From Camelus dromedarius (taxonomy: Eukaryota), in NCBI RefSeq assembly GCF_036321535.1, contig NC_087436.1, positions 120,530,001 to 120,594,000 of the forward strand: DNA of 64,000 nucleotides, written 5' to 3'. Below the pieces are notes generated by a model. The model was not told where the DNA came from. It did not search any database and worked only from the letters and a program-made list of their open reading frames with translations. Of the stretch, positions 39,085 to 50,728 are shown piece by piece; within the stretch, counting starts at the first letter, position 1; every line of letters begins with the position of its first letter. The position numbers were made by a program, and so were the translations under genes.

Positions 39085-39290
39085 CACTGACCATGACAGT
39101 AGCCACGGGATGCCTGTGGCTGTTGAGCACTTGGAGTGTCGCTTGTTCAGATTGTTTAATGATAATATATTGGAATGTTGGGTTACGTTTAAAATAAACT
39201 CCTCCTGTTTTATTTCACTATTTACAATGTAGGTACCAGGAAATATAAAATGATGCATGCGGGTCGCATTCTATTTCTGCTGTGCACTGT
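39085..39290. mobile_element. MER3/MER33-like hAT relic
   Basis: GTGGCTGTTGAGCACTTG...GGTCGCATTCTATTTCTG. Confidence 0.55.
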
Positions 39291-39559
39291 GGTTAATTCT
39301 GCAGTGTTTTTATCCAGTGTTGAAAGGTGTCTTTTCTGGGAAGTTTTTCTGGTAACAGGAGGATTTGCCTGTTGGTATGAAGACTCTCTGCTGAAATATT
39401 TGTCTCTTCAAAGTGGGGGCGCTCTGCATTGGTCAGAGATGGCTCCTGCTTCAGTGTTGGGGAGACTTCATTGAGATGGGGGCACCCTGCTTCCCCTTCA
39501 TATTTCATTGCCAGGTCTCATCCAAGGTTCTCTTCGACTGACTTAGTGATTGATTTTCC

Positions 39560-40100
39560 TTAAATTGGGGTCAGGTGATTTACAGTATTACATTAGTTTC
39601 ATGTGTACAATGTGATTCAAAATTATAGATAATACTCCATTTATAATTACTATAAAATAGTGTCTCTGCTCCCCATGCTGTGCGGTGTTTCCTTGCAGCT
39701 CGTTTTACGCAGAGTAGTTTGTGCCTCTTACTGCCCCTCACCCTGTCTCTTCCCCTCCCTCCTGTCCCCCCACTGCTCGCCACGACGTCAGTCTCTATGT
39801 CTGAGTCTCTTTTTAGAACCTTCGTCCGTTTTATTTATTTATTTAATGGGGAGGGTGATTAGGTTTACTTGTTTGTTTATTGATTGCCACATTGTGATTG
39901 TACTTCAATTAAAAAACAAATCACTCTCCGGTGTACAGGATGGAGGTCCTGGGCACTGCCCCAGGACCTCGCGCACGCTGACTCGCACGCTACCCCTGAG
40001 CTGCGCCCTCCTCCCTCGTCTTACTTTTAGATACAACACGTAAGCAACAGCATGCAGCCTTTGTCTTCATCCGAGTTACCTCACCAAACATGACGCCCTC
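39560..40100 (-). mobile_element. L1 3' fragment containing a degenerate vic-1-like SINE (about 39830-40017)
   Basis: TACATTAGTTTCATGTGTACAA L1 tail (reverse); SINE body GGAGGTCCTGGG...CCAGGACCTCGCGCACGCT. Confidence 0.65.
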
Positions 40101-40523
40101 TCGGCCCGTTCTTTTGCACTGGTTTAGAACAACAGGTCAAGGGGCAAGTCTGAATCGTTCTGTGCCTACTTCCGAAATTTTTTATCCACAGCTGAAATCT
40201 CAGAGTAGTTCAGGGGGTTTTAGATAGCAGTTGCTGATATACACAATAGAAAATGTAATACAGTTGATGGTGAGTGCAGTAGGAAAACGTTTTTATAAGA
40301 GTAATTAGATTCATTTCTGATTGGGAAGATACCATGCTATGTTGTTTCTAGAAATTAAGTCGGGGAAGGCTGTAATTCATTTTTACACCAGCTAACAGAA
40401 TTAGCCAGCAGCGCGTCAGTGGCGTTCTGTCCTGGTGCACTGCTGCTGAGGCTTTCAGCTGAATTTTCTTTAATGAGTTTATTCAAGACTTTTGGCTTCT
40501 GTGGTTGCTGGTTGTCTTTGAAG

Positions 40524-40707
40524 GTCTTCCTACCACTGCCGTTTCTTTGTCCTTCCCTGCTGCTTCTTTGACTTCATTGGAAAATACCAGCGGCGGCAGA
40601 GCACGAAGACCCAGTACCGAGGATACCTGGATTTCCTCACGGAGGTGGGGTCGGCCTGTGGATTTCGCGTAGAGGAGGACTGCCTTAGAATTCCTTCTAC
40701 CAAAAGG
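40524..40707 (+). CDS. TRMT44: TRMT44 exon 8
   Basis: SSYHCRFFVLPCCFFDFIGKY...EEDCLRIPSTKR; 184 nt. Confidence 0.95.
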
Positions 40708-42302
40708 GTACGTCCTGATCGCCTTGGCTGTTCTGGGAGGGTGAGGTGCTGGTGTTTAGATGGGAAACTTGGAGCCTTGCCACAGAACCAGTGACGACAC
40801 TGTGGTGTTTGGAAGTAAATGTCCCAAAGGTGCCTGTGCTGGTTCCAGCGCCTCCAGCAGGCTGGTCTGGGTCTGTGGGCCCCTCCTTTTCAGGCCTTCG
40901 GGCACTTCCTCCCCAGGCCCGTAGCAGCTGTGTGAGAACCCTCACCTCGTCTTCACGGCCTCTCTAGAAGCTGTGAATGGCCGTAGGGGACCTTCCCAGA
41001 GAAGCTGTCAGCTTACCTCTTGTACAAATTTCTGGCCTCAGTGTCTGAGGCTGAATGTTCTAACTTCTGATTCGGATTCCCAGATAATTGGCTGAAATTG
41101 AAGTTTGCTTCAGAAATACAAAATGATTTTCGAATTTCTCATTAAAAGCCTCACTAATTCAGATTTACCTGAAACGTAATTTTTCCAGGTAGAAATTGAC
41201 CTTTGCACTGTCTACGACCCTGCTGGGCAGTGAGGGCAAACTTTTTTTTTGAAAAACAAAACACAAAAGCCAGTCATTCAGATCTCAGCTTGGTGGCTTG
41301 ACAGCGGTGAAAAGGATCGGAGACTTGAGCTTAACTCTTGGCCCTGCCACCCACTTTCTAGCAGTGCCCCCGTGGGCGCATTATGAACGCTCCGTGCCCA
41401 AGTCCTCCCCTGGCGCCGGGCCTTCCCCGCAGGCGCTCGCCCGCTGGCAGTGGTTGGGGCCCTCGGTTGGCTTCAGGCACGTCATTGCTGTCACTGCTCA
41501 GAGTCATTTTGGAAATTCCCTTTGGGACTCATCTTCAGAGCCTTCATGACTGTCTCCTAAATGTCCTCTGTTTTGGCAAGTCACAGTCTCCTGAGGTTGG
41601 AGTTGAATTTTGAAGCTGCGCGAGTTAGGGTCATGCCAGTGGGCACGAGGACCTGCAGTTTTGATGTTTGCCTTTGTTGTTCTGTTACTAGTTGCTGGAG
41701 ACCATGGACTCAGGCTTAATCTCCTGAGCCTCAGTGTTCATGTAATTGGATGGCTTGGGGGTCAGATGCAAGCGTGGGTGTCCACAACAGCAGTTAACGG
41801 AGGACTGGTTACATGCCAGGCACTGTCATTCCCACACAGGAAGTTGTCGCCTGCCCAGGACTGCACAGTCGGCAGGTGCAGAGCTGGAGAGCAGTAAGGG
41901 GTGGCTCTGGTGTAATCAGATTCTCTCCCCTCCATCGCCTGTCACCTGGCTTTCTGGTTTGTGCCCAAGGAGGACGTCCTGAGAGCCTGTGTTTGTGGCA
42001 GCCTCGCTGGACGGGGTCTCTCTCCCAGGGGCTCCTGAGGACGACCTCCGTCTGGACACACGAAGAGGGAAGAGAACAGTGTGAATTGGGCGTCTACACC
42101 CTGCCAAACGCTCTGTTAGGTTCACACACTCTTCCCCGCGCTCTGGCCAGGTTGACAGAGAGACTTCTCATTATTTCACAGCCCCCTCGAGAGCTCCTGA
42201 CCCCAGCAGGGTCCGCCTGTGGGCTGGGGCAGGGTGCAGGGAGGACTGACACAGGGACTTGTTTAAGATGGGGCACAGCTGACGAGCCCCGTAGATGTGC
42301 CC

Positions 42303-42438
42303 TTGGCCCATGCGTGCACGTCAGGCCCCCGCGGGGTCCGCGCAAGGAGGTGTCGCCTGGGCTCGAGCCGTTGGGCCCGTGCGTGCGCGTCAGGCCCCGC
42401 GGGGTCTGCATGAGGAGGTGTTGCCCAGGCTCGAGCCG
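42303..42438. repeat. 68-bp tandem duplication (2 copies)
   Basis: 42303-42370 and 42371-42438 align; most differences are transitions. Confidence 0.85.
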
Positions 42439-42611
42439 GCAGTTGTTTCTTCTTTGAATCACTGATTCTGGATTAGTTTCTAGAAGAAGGACTCCTTTCA
42501 TGGTAGGTGTCTAACCTTCCAAGGGATTTGTGCTCCAGAGCGAGGGGACCCCGTGGAGCACGTCGACGTGCTCCTGGAGCTAAGGCCTAGCTCTGCCCGT
42601 TTCTCCTGCAG

Positions 42612-42990
42612 GTCTGTCTCATCGGGAAATCCAGAACATACCCAGCTGCTGCAGAAGCTTCCATGGATGAGCAGAGGACGCGGTACATTAGTAGCAGGCG
42701 GGGCTGCCCCGTGAGCCCACCTGGCGAGGGTCTCGGAGCCCTGGAAGCCGCGGCCGGACATGCTCCGGGGGCGCAGGCCAGCCAGCGAGGGACGGAGGCC
42801 CGGCCCGAAGGACTCTGGCTGTCTGGGTTTCACCCTAGAGAAAAGGCCGAGCGCGTGAGGAACTGTGCCACCCTCCCTCGAGACTTTATTGACCAGGTGG
42901 TTCTGCGCGTGGCACGTCTGCTCCTGGGCGGGCAGCGGTCAGACGCTGGAAGTGCCCCCCGTGGGGGAGTGGAGGCCTGGAATCGAGGAG
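42612..42990 (+). CDS. TRMT44: TRMT44 exon 9
   Basis: VCLIGKSRTYP...GFHPREKAERVRNCATLPRDFIDQVVLRVARLLL...WNRG; 379 nt. Confidence 0.93.
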
Positions 42991-43123
42991 GTAACGCCCA
43001 CCCTGGCTCCTTGCTGGGCTTCAGGCAGCGACTCTGTTCACTTTTCAGAACCAGCTAAGAAGTGTGGTGGTTTTTAATTAAGTATATTTTAAAGAAGCTG
43101 TGAGGCCACTGATAAGCGCACTT

Positions 43124-43204
43124 GGGGGAGGGTACAGGTCAGCGGTAGAGCACGTGCTCAGCATGCACGGGGTCCTGGCTTCAAGCCCCAGCACCTCCAT
43201 TAAA
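43124..43204 (+). mobile_element. vic-1-like SINE
   Basis: GGGGAGGGTACAGGTCAGCGGTAGAGCACGTGCTCAGCATGCAC...CACCTCCATTAAA. Confidence 0.8.
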
Positions 43205-45181
43205 GCAGGTGTTTCTTCGTAGTTCCTTTTAACATACAGGACTTTGGGTGCCTCAGTGGTGAAGTCTGGGCCCTTTGTTAACCTTTACAGAAATGCCCAA
43301 GTTTTAGGGTCCAGGGTTACTCGTTTTCAACCCATAGAAATTATCCAAACAGAAGCAGGTTACTGAAGGCCAGAAAAGTGCACTGGCCACTTGAATATAC
43401 ATAAGAGTTTGGAGATACTATGAAATGGTCATTTAATTCTCTTTGAAATCTTCAAAATGCAGAAGTCAGACAGGAAAGGTAGATGCTTGTGTCTGATTGT
43501 TCTCATGGGACAAGCCACGTGCTGAAGCTCAGGCTCTCAGGAGAGCCAGGAATCAAACAGTCTTGATTATTTTCAAAAGTTGTTATGAGCATTTAGAGTC
43601 CCCAGGGCTGCTGGAAGGAACTGCTTCTTTCTTGCCTCTGGAGGGCACTGTGGGGCTGCCTGTGCAGCCCAGCCTTGGCCTCTGAGTTTTGGGGTCACTG
43701 GGGGAGATTGGGGCCCCACCCTCCACCTGTCAGGGGCCCTGTGGGTGGGACGGGCCAGAGAGGGCTCCGCAGGGGGTCCTTCTCCCCACAGTCTGGTCTT
43801 CCGTGGGCATCAGTGGTGTGCTGAGTCTGTCTCTGTCACCCCACCTGTCCCATCTCTGTGTCCTTGTGACGTCCCCCTCCTCCAGGAACCATCTGACTGA
43901 GCATCTGATTCGGAGGCTCTCTGGGCGAAAGCCCTGGCCGGCGCCACCCTGGTCCAGGTGGCTGACCACTTGGGTAACTGCTGACAAGGCCGAGGTGCCA
44001 TGGGGTGTTCTGTGGGTCGGCACCCTGCTTCCTAGGTGCCCCTTCTGAGGCGGGCCAGGTGGAAAGGGAGGCCGGCATGCAGCCCACGGTGAGACCCGCA
44101 GGTGAATCTGAAAGTACGGACTTTGACTTTTAATTCCCAGGAGAGCCCTGTTGTCCACAAGATCTTGGGAACAGTGGAGCAGGGGAGGTGCTGGCCTCCT
44201 GGAGCGCCTTGTTAGAGGGCACAGACTGGGCTTCTCCCAGGCCCAGGGGAGGTGGCAGTGGCTCTGACTGTTGGGGCTCAGGCCTCCCGCCCCCAGGAGA
44301 CCTCAGGTGACCGGGTGCCGTCCTCCCCAGGTGGGTACCTGTAAGTCTGGGGATGGTCCAAGATGCTCCCGCTGCCCCACAAGGCGTGAGCGGCCTGCCC
44401 CCTGGCGCGGACATGTGCCTTTAGCCTCTGAGCTGCAGGTCTCACCCGCGGTGGTCTTCCCTCCCGCGGTCACTGGAATTAGTGACTCTTCCCCAGCCTG
44501 CCCCCAGACTTGGGACCACCAGTGTTTCTCTGCCCTGCCCAACGTATGAGTGAGTCCATCCCTGGGACTCCCTAATCCCAGGCCTGGTATCTCCCCTCTG
44601 CAAGGCATGGCTGCCGGGACTCGGGTGGGAGGAGGTGGTCCCTGCCCTCTTGCTGGGGTCAGTATACACATGAGTCAAAGGGAGCAGCGGGCAGTGCAGG
44701 GCTGCCAGCTCGAGTCCGCACCATGGAGTTCATGAGGGGCAGGACCCAGGAGGGTGGGGAAGCCTTTCTGGGCCGATCTTTTGTTTTCCCTTAGGTGGCC
44801 TGCCTCCTCTCAGAAGGGGTTCAAGGCGGCTGAGAGGTGGGCTCGGTAGATGAGTTACAGCACCTGCCCCAGAGCAGCAGCCTGTGCTGGGGTCTGAGGG
44901 CTGGCCCGATGCAGTGCTGACCCTCCGTGTCTGGGAGGTTCCCCTGCGGGTGTGGCCTGCGCGGCCCGGCAGGTGGGAAGCCCTTGGCCCTCAGGTGTGA
45001 TGACTCTGTGCCCACTTCCACCTGTTGTGAGCTGTGACCTGGGTCTAACAAGATCGTCATGATCCTTCTTGTGCATGAGGATTTAACTTCATAGAACTCG
45101 GATTCAGGGCCCCGTTGTTTCTGCCTATGTAACAGGTTTGTAATAGACTTTTTGTTGTTGGGGGATCCCCGTTTTCAACAG

Positions 45182-45298
45182 GGAGCCTTTCCTTGGCAGA
45201 AGTGGCCAGCGAGCTGGACAGGGAGACTCTGCAGAGACTGAAGCGCGAGTGCGGGGGCCTGCAGACGCTGCTGCGGAACAGCCACCAGGTGTTCCAAG
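45182..45298 (+). CDS. TRMT44: TRMT44 exon 10
   Basis: SLSLAEVASELDRETLQRLKRECGGLQTLLRNSHQVFQ; 117 nt. Confidence 0.94.
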
Positions 45299-48200
45299 GT
45301 AGGGGCCGGCCTGTCCCACGCTCATGTCTCACTGCGGGAGGTTGCTCGCCTTCCCTAAGGCTGTGAGGAGTACCCCCTGCAGGCCTCCTTCCCTCTCCCC
45401 CTTTCTTATGAAATGAACTTTATTTTCATGGAGTTTTAGAGCTGGAATATAGCCCCCCCTGCGTGCACCTCACGTGGGGGCAGAATGTGGCTCACGCCCC
45501 TGCGGCTTTGATTCTCCCAGCCTCTCCCCCGGGCTGGCCCCCCCCAGGGTGTGCTGCCTCCTCACGCAGGAGGAGGAGCCTGCTTGCTGGGGGCCTCCTG
45601 TCTCCCAGGGAGCTTTTCTGGGTGGAGCTTCGTTTCTTGCCTTCCTTTGGCCTCTGGCTGCAAATTGGGAGCACGCTGAGCTCCCAGCGAGGCCCTGGGC
45701 CCTTAGAGGAGGGAGGCCCCAGTTCCTGCCGGCCCCCCGCTGCGCACCTGCTCTCCCTTCCTCCTGCACCCCAGTCCCCCAGGGCCACGGGAGGGAGAAG
45801 GGCCCAGGCGCCTGTGTGTTTTTTCACCACCGCCCCTGCCCTCCCAGAGTGTGTGGTCTGACGGGGAGGGGGTGTCACACATGTTTACATGGGCACCTGG
45901 GGTTCAAAAGAAGTTCTGTTAAAGTTACCAGCGTACACACAGCAGGCCGTGTACACGTCAGCCAGACGGTCCGTAACTTGTGTTTGCTTCTTAAAGTTTT
46001 TCCCCCACTTTCCTTCATGGAAGTCTGTGAAAGCACATCCCAGCTAGCTTGCTGGTCACCCCTGAGCACTGCAGCGTGTGGCTTGAAAAGTAGTGGGCAT
46101 CTTCTTGTGTCACCTGAATGTCGTGGGTGACGTTCCCACCCAGGGAGGCCTGGCCTAGTCCCGGGGAGACGTCAGGAAGGCTTCACTTAGGAAGTGACAG
46201 CTGAGCTGGGACTGGGTAAAGGGGACGGGAAGAGCGTGTCTGGCAGAGGGAACAGCATGTGTGAAGGGTCTGAGTTGGAGAGGGACCGGGTAGGTAGGGC
46301 AAGCAGGCTGCAGGCCCCGAGGCCGCGAGGAGGGTTGGGCCCCTGTGGCTAGTGGGGCATGATGACTCCGTGGGACTGTGGGTCTGGCTGCAGCGTCACT
46401 GCCTGTGCCCCCACAAAGGGCCCTGAGCCCGGCAGTCACCGGGCCACCTGCTCTCTGCCTTGCTGGGCACCGCAAGGGCCAGGTGCAGCCCCCACGCCCA
46501 GCGCCTGGCCCTGTGCTGCATCAGAGGTGGAAGCAGCTTTGATGCTGTTTCTGTCAGGAAACAGCACATGGAGGCTGGGTGGGGGCTGGTGCCGTTAACC
46601 TCGAGCTCGCTCTTCTTTCCAGGAGGCAAGTGGGGGCAGGCACATGGAAGACGCGCAGAATGGTGGGTCTGGGACGGTGGGGTGTGACAGTGTGCTGAGA
46701 ACATGGGCTCGTAGCCGACCAGGCCGGCCCAGGGCTGTCCTCTCGACCTGGCCCCCCTTGACCTCTGGGCTCCCATGAGGACGCACGCTGCCCGCTGCCT
46801 TCCTTTCCCCAGCTCGGCCCGCCCCCACCTGCTTTGCCAGTGGCCTGTGGGCTGGTGTGTCTGTGGGCCCTTGACTCCTGACGTGCTGCTGTTCTGTCCC
46901 CGAGGCTCCCTGCTTGCTCCCTGCCCCGCCTGGTGCCTGGCTTTCTCTGATAGTAGGGCCGGAGTGCCGTCTCCTCCACGAAGCCTTCTTCCAGGCAGCT
47001 TCCCTCTGCCTCCACCCAGTCCTGCCTCCTCTGGGACCCTGTTCCACACATGCTTCTGTCACACATCCTTCTGCAGAGGTTACATCACTGCCCCAGCTCG
47101 GCTGTGAGCTCCCTGCAGGCGGGGCCAGGTCTAGCTCTGCAGCCTGAGAGGCAGCCCAGAGCCCCTTGCATGGGCACTCACCGTTTGCCCAAGGATGGAG
47201 GAGTGAGGGTCCCTGTGAGGAGGGTACATCCGCCCGACCCCTCTTCATGGAGGGGCCGACCTCTGTGGGCAGGGCCTCCATGTGCAGCTGTGTGCCGGCA
47301 GTTGCTCCCTGAGATGACACCTCCCTGTCCCCAGGACCTGGTGGGGAGGAAGGCACACCAAGCGGAGGCCCAGAGCCTTGGGACAAGTGGCCTAGTTGGG
47401 TCTGCGTGGGGAGGAGGCTGCTGGCCAGCTGTGCCCAGGCTCTTGCAGAGGTGAGGGGAGCCATCGTGGCAACACAGAATTGAAGTCTGACCTGGCGCAC
47501 TGGGGCTGACCCGAGGGCCGTGGGCACGTGCTGGGCCCAGAGGCCTTGTCTGAGCCCCAGGGTGTGGGCTGATCCCCCACCCTGAGCTCTGTGCTCCTTC
47601 CAGGCTGGGTGGTTGGACAGTGACTTGGGGGAGCACACCTGTCCACTCCCGCGGCCCGGAGACCTCCTGGGGGGCTGAGTGCCGCCTTCCCTTCCCGGCG
47701 GCGCCTTCGGTCGGCTGGTCGGTCGGCTGGTTGTCCTTTCAGAGCCGCGCTGCTCTCACCTCAGCTCAGCTTCACTTGGGTAAAGTCTCCTGCTACGGGG
47801 CAGGGAGCCCCACAAATGCAACGGGCGTCTCCGGGCTGGAGGTTGCAGGGGGCAGGCCCCTCGGGGAGCGGAGGGGCAGGGGCAGGGCCGAGCCCTGCTG
47901 CGCAGAGCTGTATTCAGCTCAGCGCTCATCACAGCCCAGAGCGGCTGCTCCTTCTGCTGTCCCCAGCACAGGTTTGGTTTGATTTCGTAAAATAGTGTGT
48001 TTTTCCATCATAAATATGCGTGTTGGGAATGCTTTTCTCTGCAGTTCACATGGAGGGCACATTTATTTTTGGAAACACTTCTGAGTAGGAGGCTTGGGGA
48101 CTGAGCTCCAGTAAACATTCGGCTCCCAGTCATGCAAAACCTATGCACTGGAGCTGCGCCTTATCTCCGTGTCAGGTTTTTTTTAAACCAACATGGTTGG

Positions 48201-50519
48201 TTTCTAGTAATGTTTACACGAATGAGGGGGTAAAACCATTTCAGATGCCTTCAGTTCAGCCTGCACTGAGCACCTGGTGGGCCGGGCGCCCCAGGGCCAC
48301 CCAGCACAGATGGTCACCGTGCTCATGGCCTTAGGATGTGGACGCAGGTCGGCTAGGTCGGTGACTTGCCCAGGGTCTCCTGTGATCGGAGGGCCTGGGC
48401 TGGTGACCCAGGTCCAGATGGACTCCAGAACCCGTGCTGCTGAGCACACTGCACTGTCCTGGTAAATTGTAGTGACATTCTGGAAGAATCTTCAGCTGGT
48501 TCCTCGGGACACTTTGGTTAAGGTCACGTCTGTTGTCAGAAATGGCGGAGAATCCGGAACAGGAGGTTCAGCAAGTCCAAGGGAATTCGCACTTAAGGGA
48601 GGAAGTGGGTTCAGAACCGTCGGGTGAGACGTGAACTTTGTAGAGCATATTTTGTGCCTGTAGTTCATTTAAAATCAGGAGCACATTTCTACACAGGGAG
48701 AGTCCGCTGTCCGGCCTGTGAGCTGGCTGGAGCGCGCCCGCGGAGGCACAGGCCTGCCGGGCTGGAGGCTGGGGGTGTGGGGAGTGTGTGCGTCAGCCGG
48801 CCTGGCCACCTCAGGACTCCCTGGCCTCTGCCATCGGCAGGGCCACCTCTTGGCACTAGTGCCCACTCCCCAGGCCCTACAAATACTGCCTGGGCCCCTT
48901 CTCCTCAACTCTGCAGGTACTGCTCCAAAAACACGGCTAGGTTTCGTCTTAAACCTCCAGAGCAGGGCCTGCTGCGAGCCAGCCTGTCCTGACGGGAGGG
49001 GACCGGGCCCGGCGTCTGGAGGGTGGGGATTGTACCCAGCTTCAGCCCCAGCAAACCGCTCTCCCCCAGATTTCTCCTGACCCCATTCAGGCCATCAGGG
49101 GTGCCTTGTCTTTCTGGGGAGCACACTTGAGGAGTCCGGCTCCCTGCCCCTGGCTGGGACGTGTCATTCCCAGCTGTGCCAGGAGGTGCTGCTGTGGGAA
49201 CATCCAGCTGCAGGTGGTGGCGTCTCCCGACCCCCGCTTTCAGGCTGGCACTCAGCGTCTGCTGTGTAGGGAGAGAAGCCCTGGAGCAGGCCTGTGGAGG
49301 GAGGGAGGCAGGACCCCGCCTGGCCCTCAGCAGGCGCTCCTTGGCTGCCCCGGGGGATGAATCCCTGCATTGTGTCCCTCCACGCTGAGCGGCGCCTCTG
49401 CGGCTCCTTTTCTGGTTTCAGGGGAAAGTATTTAGTAAATACCAGTCTGCAAAGATGGACAGGCTCATTACTGCGTGGCACGAGGCCATTTGAAAGCGAA
49501 ATTCAAGCCTTAATCCACAGGTCCAAGGTCTCCTTAGAAGCTGGAGAGCCAGGCGTGTTCAATAAGCCTCCTTTATTTCTCCCAAGTCTTGGCGTCTCCA
49601 GGTGGTTTGCAGCTTCCAGGGAAAACCAGCTTGGGTTTGGTTGATTTGGCCACATTTCACGAGGAGATGTTGACTTCTCAAGATGAAACGGCCAAGTGGA
49701 AACTCCTGGGGGGCTGTCAGCCAAGTGGGGGTGACCAGCTCAGGAGGCAGTTCTGCAGGGGGTCAGCTGATGGGCCACTGCCCCTGCCCTGACCTTCCCC
49801 TGCTCAGCTTCATGGTCACCCTGCCCACACGGGTCTCTCCCGCCACATCTCTCAGGGCGTCTGCTCAGGGCAGGCGTCTGAATCCCTGCACGTGGAGGCC
49901 TGCTGCCCCACCCTGCTAACAGGGCCACGTGCCCCCTACCCCTGCTTGCTGTTTACTCTTAGGGGGCTCCCACAGCCTGCCCCTCGTCTTCACCAGCCTG
50001 AACCTCTCCCGTCTCACTCCGTTTTCTCTCTGTGTTGCGGAGATGTGTTCTCGAGGACCAATGCCACTGTGCAGACGTCCCGACATTTTTCCTGATTGGG
50101 GGGAGGCCATGCATGTGGTCTCCCAGGTCCTTAGTCTTGTTCTACAAGTCAGTCCCCCTTGCTGTCCCAGCCACCCGCTGGGCCCCACCTAGATCTCATC
50201 ACCACCAGAACTTCAGACGCAGGGCTCCTCCCCCTTCGCCTGGTGTCCAGTAGCTCCTCCCGACACCTCCATCCTGTCCTCGCTCCCTCATCCCCTCCCT
50301 CATGCTCCACTTTAGGTGGGGACCAGGAGCCTCAGGGGTGGGTAGGGGGCTGGGGTCCCTGGTCGGGACCCCATTGCGTTGTTTCTCTCCCACTACCAAG
50401 GGCACTGGGGACTCTGTCTCATGTCTGTGTCCCCGGCCCTGGCAGCTGCCATCACAGACCCTGGGGAATTGAATTGACAGTTAACTCCTTGGCTGTGTCT
50501 TTTCTCTTCCCAACCCCAG

Positions 50520-50728
50520 TCGTGAACGGGCAAGTTCGCATCCGCGACTGGAGAGAAGAGAAGCTATGGGAGGAGAAGGAACTGGAAGCCCGCAAAACCC
50601 GCATCTGTTGGTTCTTCACTCATCACCCTGACGGCTGTGTTCTGCCCTCGGACTGCTGCCCGTTCGCCCACGGGCCCGGGGAGCTGCGGCCGGCCCCAGC
50701 CACCAGGAAGAAAAGGCAGCTTCTGTGA
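50520..50728 (+). CDS. TRMT44: TRMT44 last coding exon with C3H1 zinc finger and stop codon
   Basis: VNGQVRIRDW...KTRICWFFTHHPDGCVLPSDCCPFAHGPGELRP...LL*; the 11 exons sum to 2205 nt = 734 aa plus stop. Confidence 0.94.

Noticed and set aside
46595..47638. 347-aa ORF antisense within TRMT44 intron 10
   Set aside because: GC-rich, low-complexity translation with no recognisable domain; overlapping long ORFs in several frames are expected from stop-codon scarcity.
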